A stretch of DNA of 64,000 nt, from positions 358 to 64,357 of the forward strand of contig JADFZK010000011.1 in NCBI GenBank assembly GCA_015232565.1, given 5' to 3'. The notes below the pieces were generated by a model. That model saw nothing but the letters and a program-made list of their open reading frames with translations, did not search any database and had not been told where the DNA came from. A program made the translations under genes and the position numbers. The DNA comes from Candidatus Omnitrophota bacterium (GTDB taxonomy: Bacteria > Omnitrophota > Gorgyraeia > Zapsychrales > Fredricksoniimonadaceae). Shown piece by piece: positions 62,617 to 64,000 of this stretch; positions within the stretch are counted from its first letter, which is position 1, and each line of letters begins with the position of its first letter.

Positions 62617-63591
62617 TTATTCTCCGGTTTTTTCGTTCAGCAGTTCGGTGTTCACGCTGATCTTGACCTTTTTGGTCACTTCAGCCATTTTATCCAACAC
62701 CGCTTTCTGCTGTTTCTGGGCTGTCAGCCCCTTGATCAACTCCGCCTTGACGGTCTCAAAAGACGCTTTATCACCGCCGCGCACATCATCTACCTTTACA
62801 ATGTAATAACCTTCCGGGCCCTGGAACACTGCCGACACATTGCCTTTGTTAAGCGCATCCACCGCCCGGCCCTGCTGTTCAAAAGCATATTTAACCAAAA
62901 AACCGAGGTCACCGCCCGCCGCCGCTGTTTTACCCTTGGAGCGGTCTTTGGCGATCTGCGCAAAATCCCCGCCCTGTAAAACCTGGACCAGGATATCTTT
63001 GGCTTCCGCTTCGGTCAACACCACGATCTCGCTGACCTTCTTCTCCACCGGATTCAAAAAAGTATCCGGATTCTTTTCGTAATACTCTTTGGCCTCTGCT
63101 TCGGATGATGCCAGATCCTTGGTTAACCCGGCTACCAACTCCTGAACCAGAATGTTATTCTCAAAATCTTGCATGGCCGCGCGCACCACTTTGGATTCAT
63201 TCAGTTTTTGCTCACGCGCTTCATAAACCATCAACTGTTGCCGAATAAGCTCATCCAGTAACATATTGCGGGATTCGGTTTTCTTTTCATCAAAATCAGT
63301 CACCACCTGCTTGATGTTTTTAACTCTTTCCGCAAACTCCGCAGTGGTCAAGGTCCAATCCCCAACCTTGGCCAATACGTCTTTAGGTAATTTTTCATCT
63401 GCGGCTACTACGGTAGTGGCCGAAGTCGCAGGAGTTGCTACGGCAACCGGTGCCACATTGGCAACAGGAGCGCTAACGGTTTTGGTAGCTGGTACTTTAC
63501 CGGATTTTGGAAAAAGATTATCACAGCCGCTCAAGCACAGAACGGCAAGGAATGTAAACAAAACAAACTCTCTCTTTGTGGCAACAACCAT
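62617..63591 (-). CDS. SurA/PrsA-like parvulin peptidyl-prolyl isomerase lipoprotein
   Basis: CLSGC lipobox, SurA-like N-domain, PpiC-type PPIase region (PEGYYIVKVDD). Confidence 0.75.
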   Translation of the reverse strand: MVVATKREFVLFTFLAVLCLSGCDNLFPKSGKVPATKTVSAPVANVAPVAVATPATSATTVVAADEKLPKDVLAKVGDWTLTTAEFAERVKNIKQVVTDFDEKKTESRNMLLDELIRQQLMVYEAREQKLNESKVVRAAMQDFENNILVQELVAGLTKDLASSEAEAKEYYEKNPDTFLNPVEKKVSEIVVLTEAEAKDILVQVLQGGDFAQIAKDRSKGKTAAAGGDLGFLVKYAFEQQGRAVDALNKGNVSAVFQGPEGYYIVKVDDVRGGDKASFETVKAELIKGLTAQKQQKAVLDKMAEVTKKVKISVNTELLNEKTGE

Positions 63592-63599
63592 GGTCTTAT

Positions 63600-63645
63600 C
63601 CTCCTGATTAGTAGTTCCGCTTTAATTATACACGACATTTGTCAA
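63600..63645 (-). promoter_or_regulatory. Promoter-like -35 TTGACA (63645..63640) and -10 TATAAT (63630..63625), with a strong SD AGGAGG (63605..63600), for the PPIase-cpaB-cpaC-cpaEF operon. The -35/-10 spacer is only 9 bp, so the TTGACA may be incidental.
   Basis: Minus strand reads tttttttgacaaatgtcgtgTATAATtaaagcggaactactaatcAGGAGGataagaccATG. Confidence 0.4.
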
Positions 63646-63678
63646 AAAAACAAGTTTAGCACAAAAATTAATGAATTC

Positions 63679-64000
63679 TCAACTTTTCAACAACCCCAAA
63701 ACCTGGTCGCGCTCCTCGAGCAATTCAGCTAAAGTAAGGGCGATTTTTTGTTGCGCGAAACCATCCAGCGTTAACCCTTTGACCACTTGCCAATCCCGGC
63801 CATTGGAACAAACGGGAAAACCAAACACCAGCCCGGCAGGTATATCGTAACTGCCATCCGATACCGCGGCCACCGAAAAAAATTCCCCTTCCGCAGTTGG
63901 CGTAATTAATGCCCGCACAGTATCCACCACCGCATTAGCCGCGGAAGCCGCGGAAGAAAACCCGCGCGCTTTTATAATTTCGGCGCCGCGCTTTTGCACC
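63679..64000 (-). CDS. mdh: Malate dehydrogenase, C-terminal part (gene continues beyond the window end)
   Basis: ...[59 protein letters not shown]... matches the LDH/MDH C-terminal domain. Confidence 0.85.
   Translation of the reverse strand, partial: VQKRGAEIIKARGFSSAASAANAVVDTVRALITPTAEGEFFSVAAVSDGSYDIPAGLVFGFPVCSNGRDWQVVKGLTLDGFAQQKIALTLAELLEERDQVLGLLKS

Overview
This 64-kb window comes from a GC-rich (core genes roughly 55-62% GC by eye) diderm bacterium, and almost all coding is on the minus strand. The housekeeping backbone is: a carA-carB-purF-pyrG operon; gltB-gltD; a TPR lipoprotein next to lnt; nadE; glnN (GSIII) with an adjacent GAF-GAF-ANTAR regulator and a promoter/terminator leader; a polyphosphate locus (ROK glucokinase, MPP-HD fusion, CHAD, ppk1, ppx); glycogen genes (GH57, glgB, glgP); a cellulose-synthase-like GT2; ilvD; a Tad-like pilus/secretion block (DUF192, fused CpaE-CpaF ATPase, secretin with a C-terminal TonB_C-like domain, CpaB, SurA-like PPIase); and a partial mdh at the right edge. 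Interleaved are compositionally atypical (lower-GC) accessory segments. (1) A DUF4062/Schlafen-like(AlbA_2)/HATPase_c_4 gene interrupted by an in-frame TAG. (2) A glycosylation island at 19.1-26.3 kb: a methyltransferase, two DPM1-like GT2 genes in inverted orientation, a SPASM radical-SAM gene, and two tandem mosaic GT-C-like membrane proteins. (3) A 1316-aa secreted protein gene of unknown function with a YhcG-family PDDEXK nuclease gene inserted at its 3' end, flanked by 123-bp direct repeats. Other notable items: a 96-bp tandem repeat array at the left edge, Lnt fused in frame to a Q/A-rich coiled-coil extension, a structured GC-rich intergenic RNA-like element, and several sigma70-like promoters. 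No rRNA, tRNA or CRISPR array was recognised. All domain calls rest on motif recognition by eye and need HMM or BLAST confirmation.
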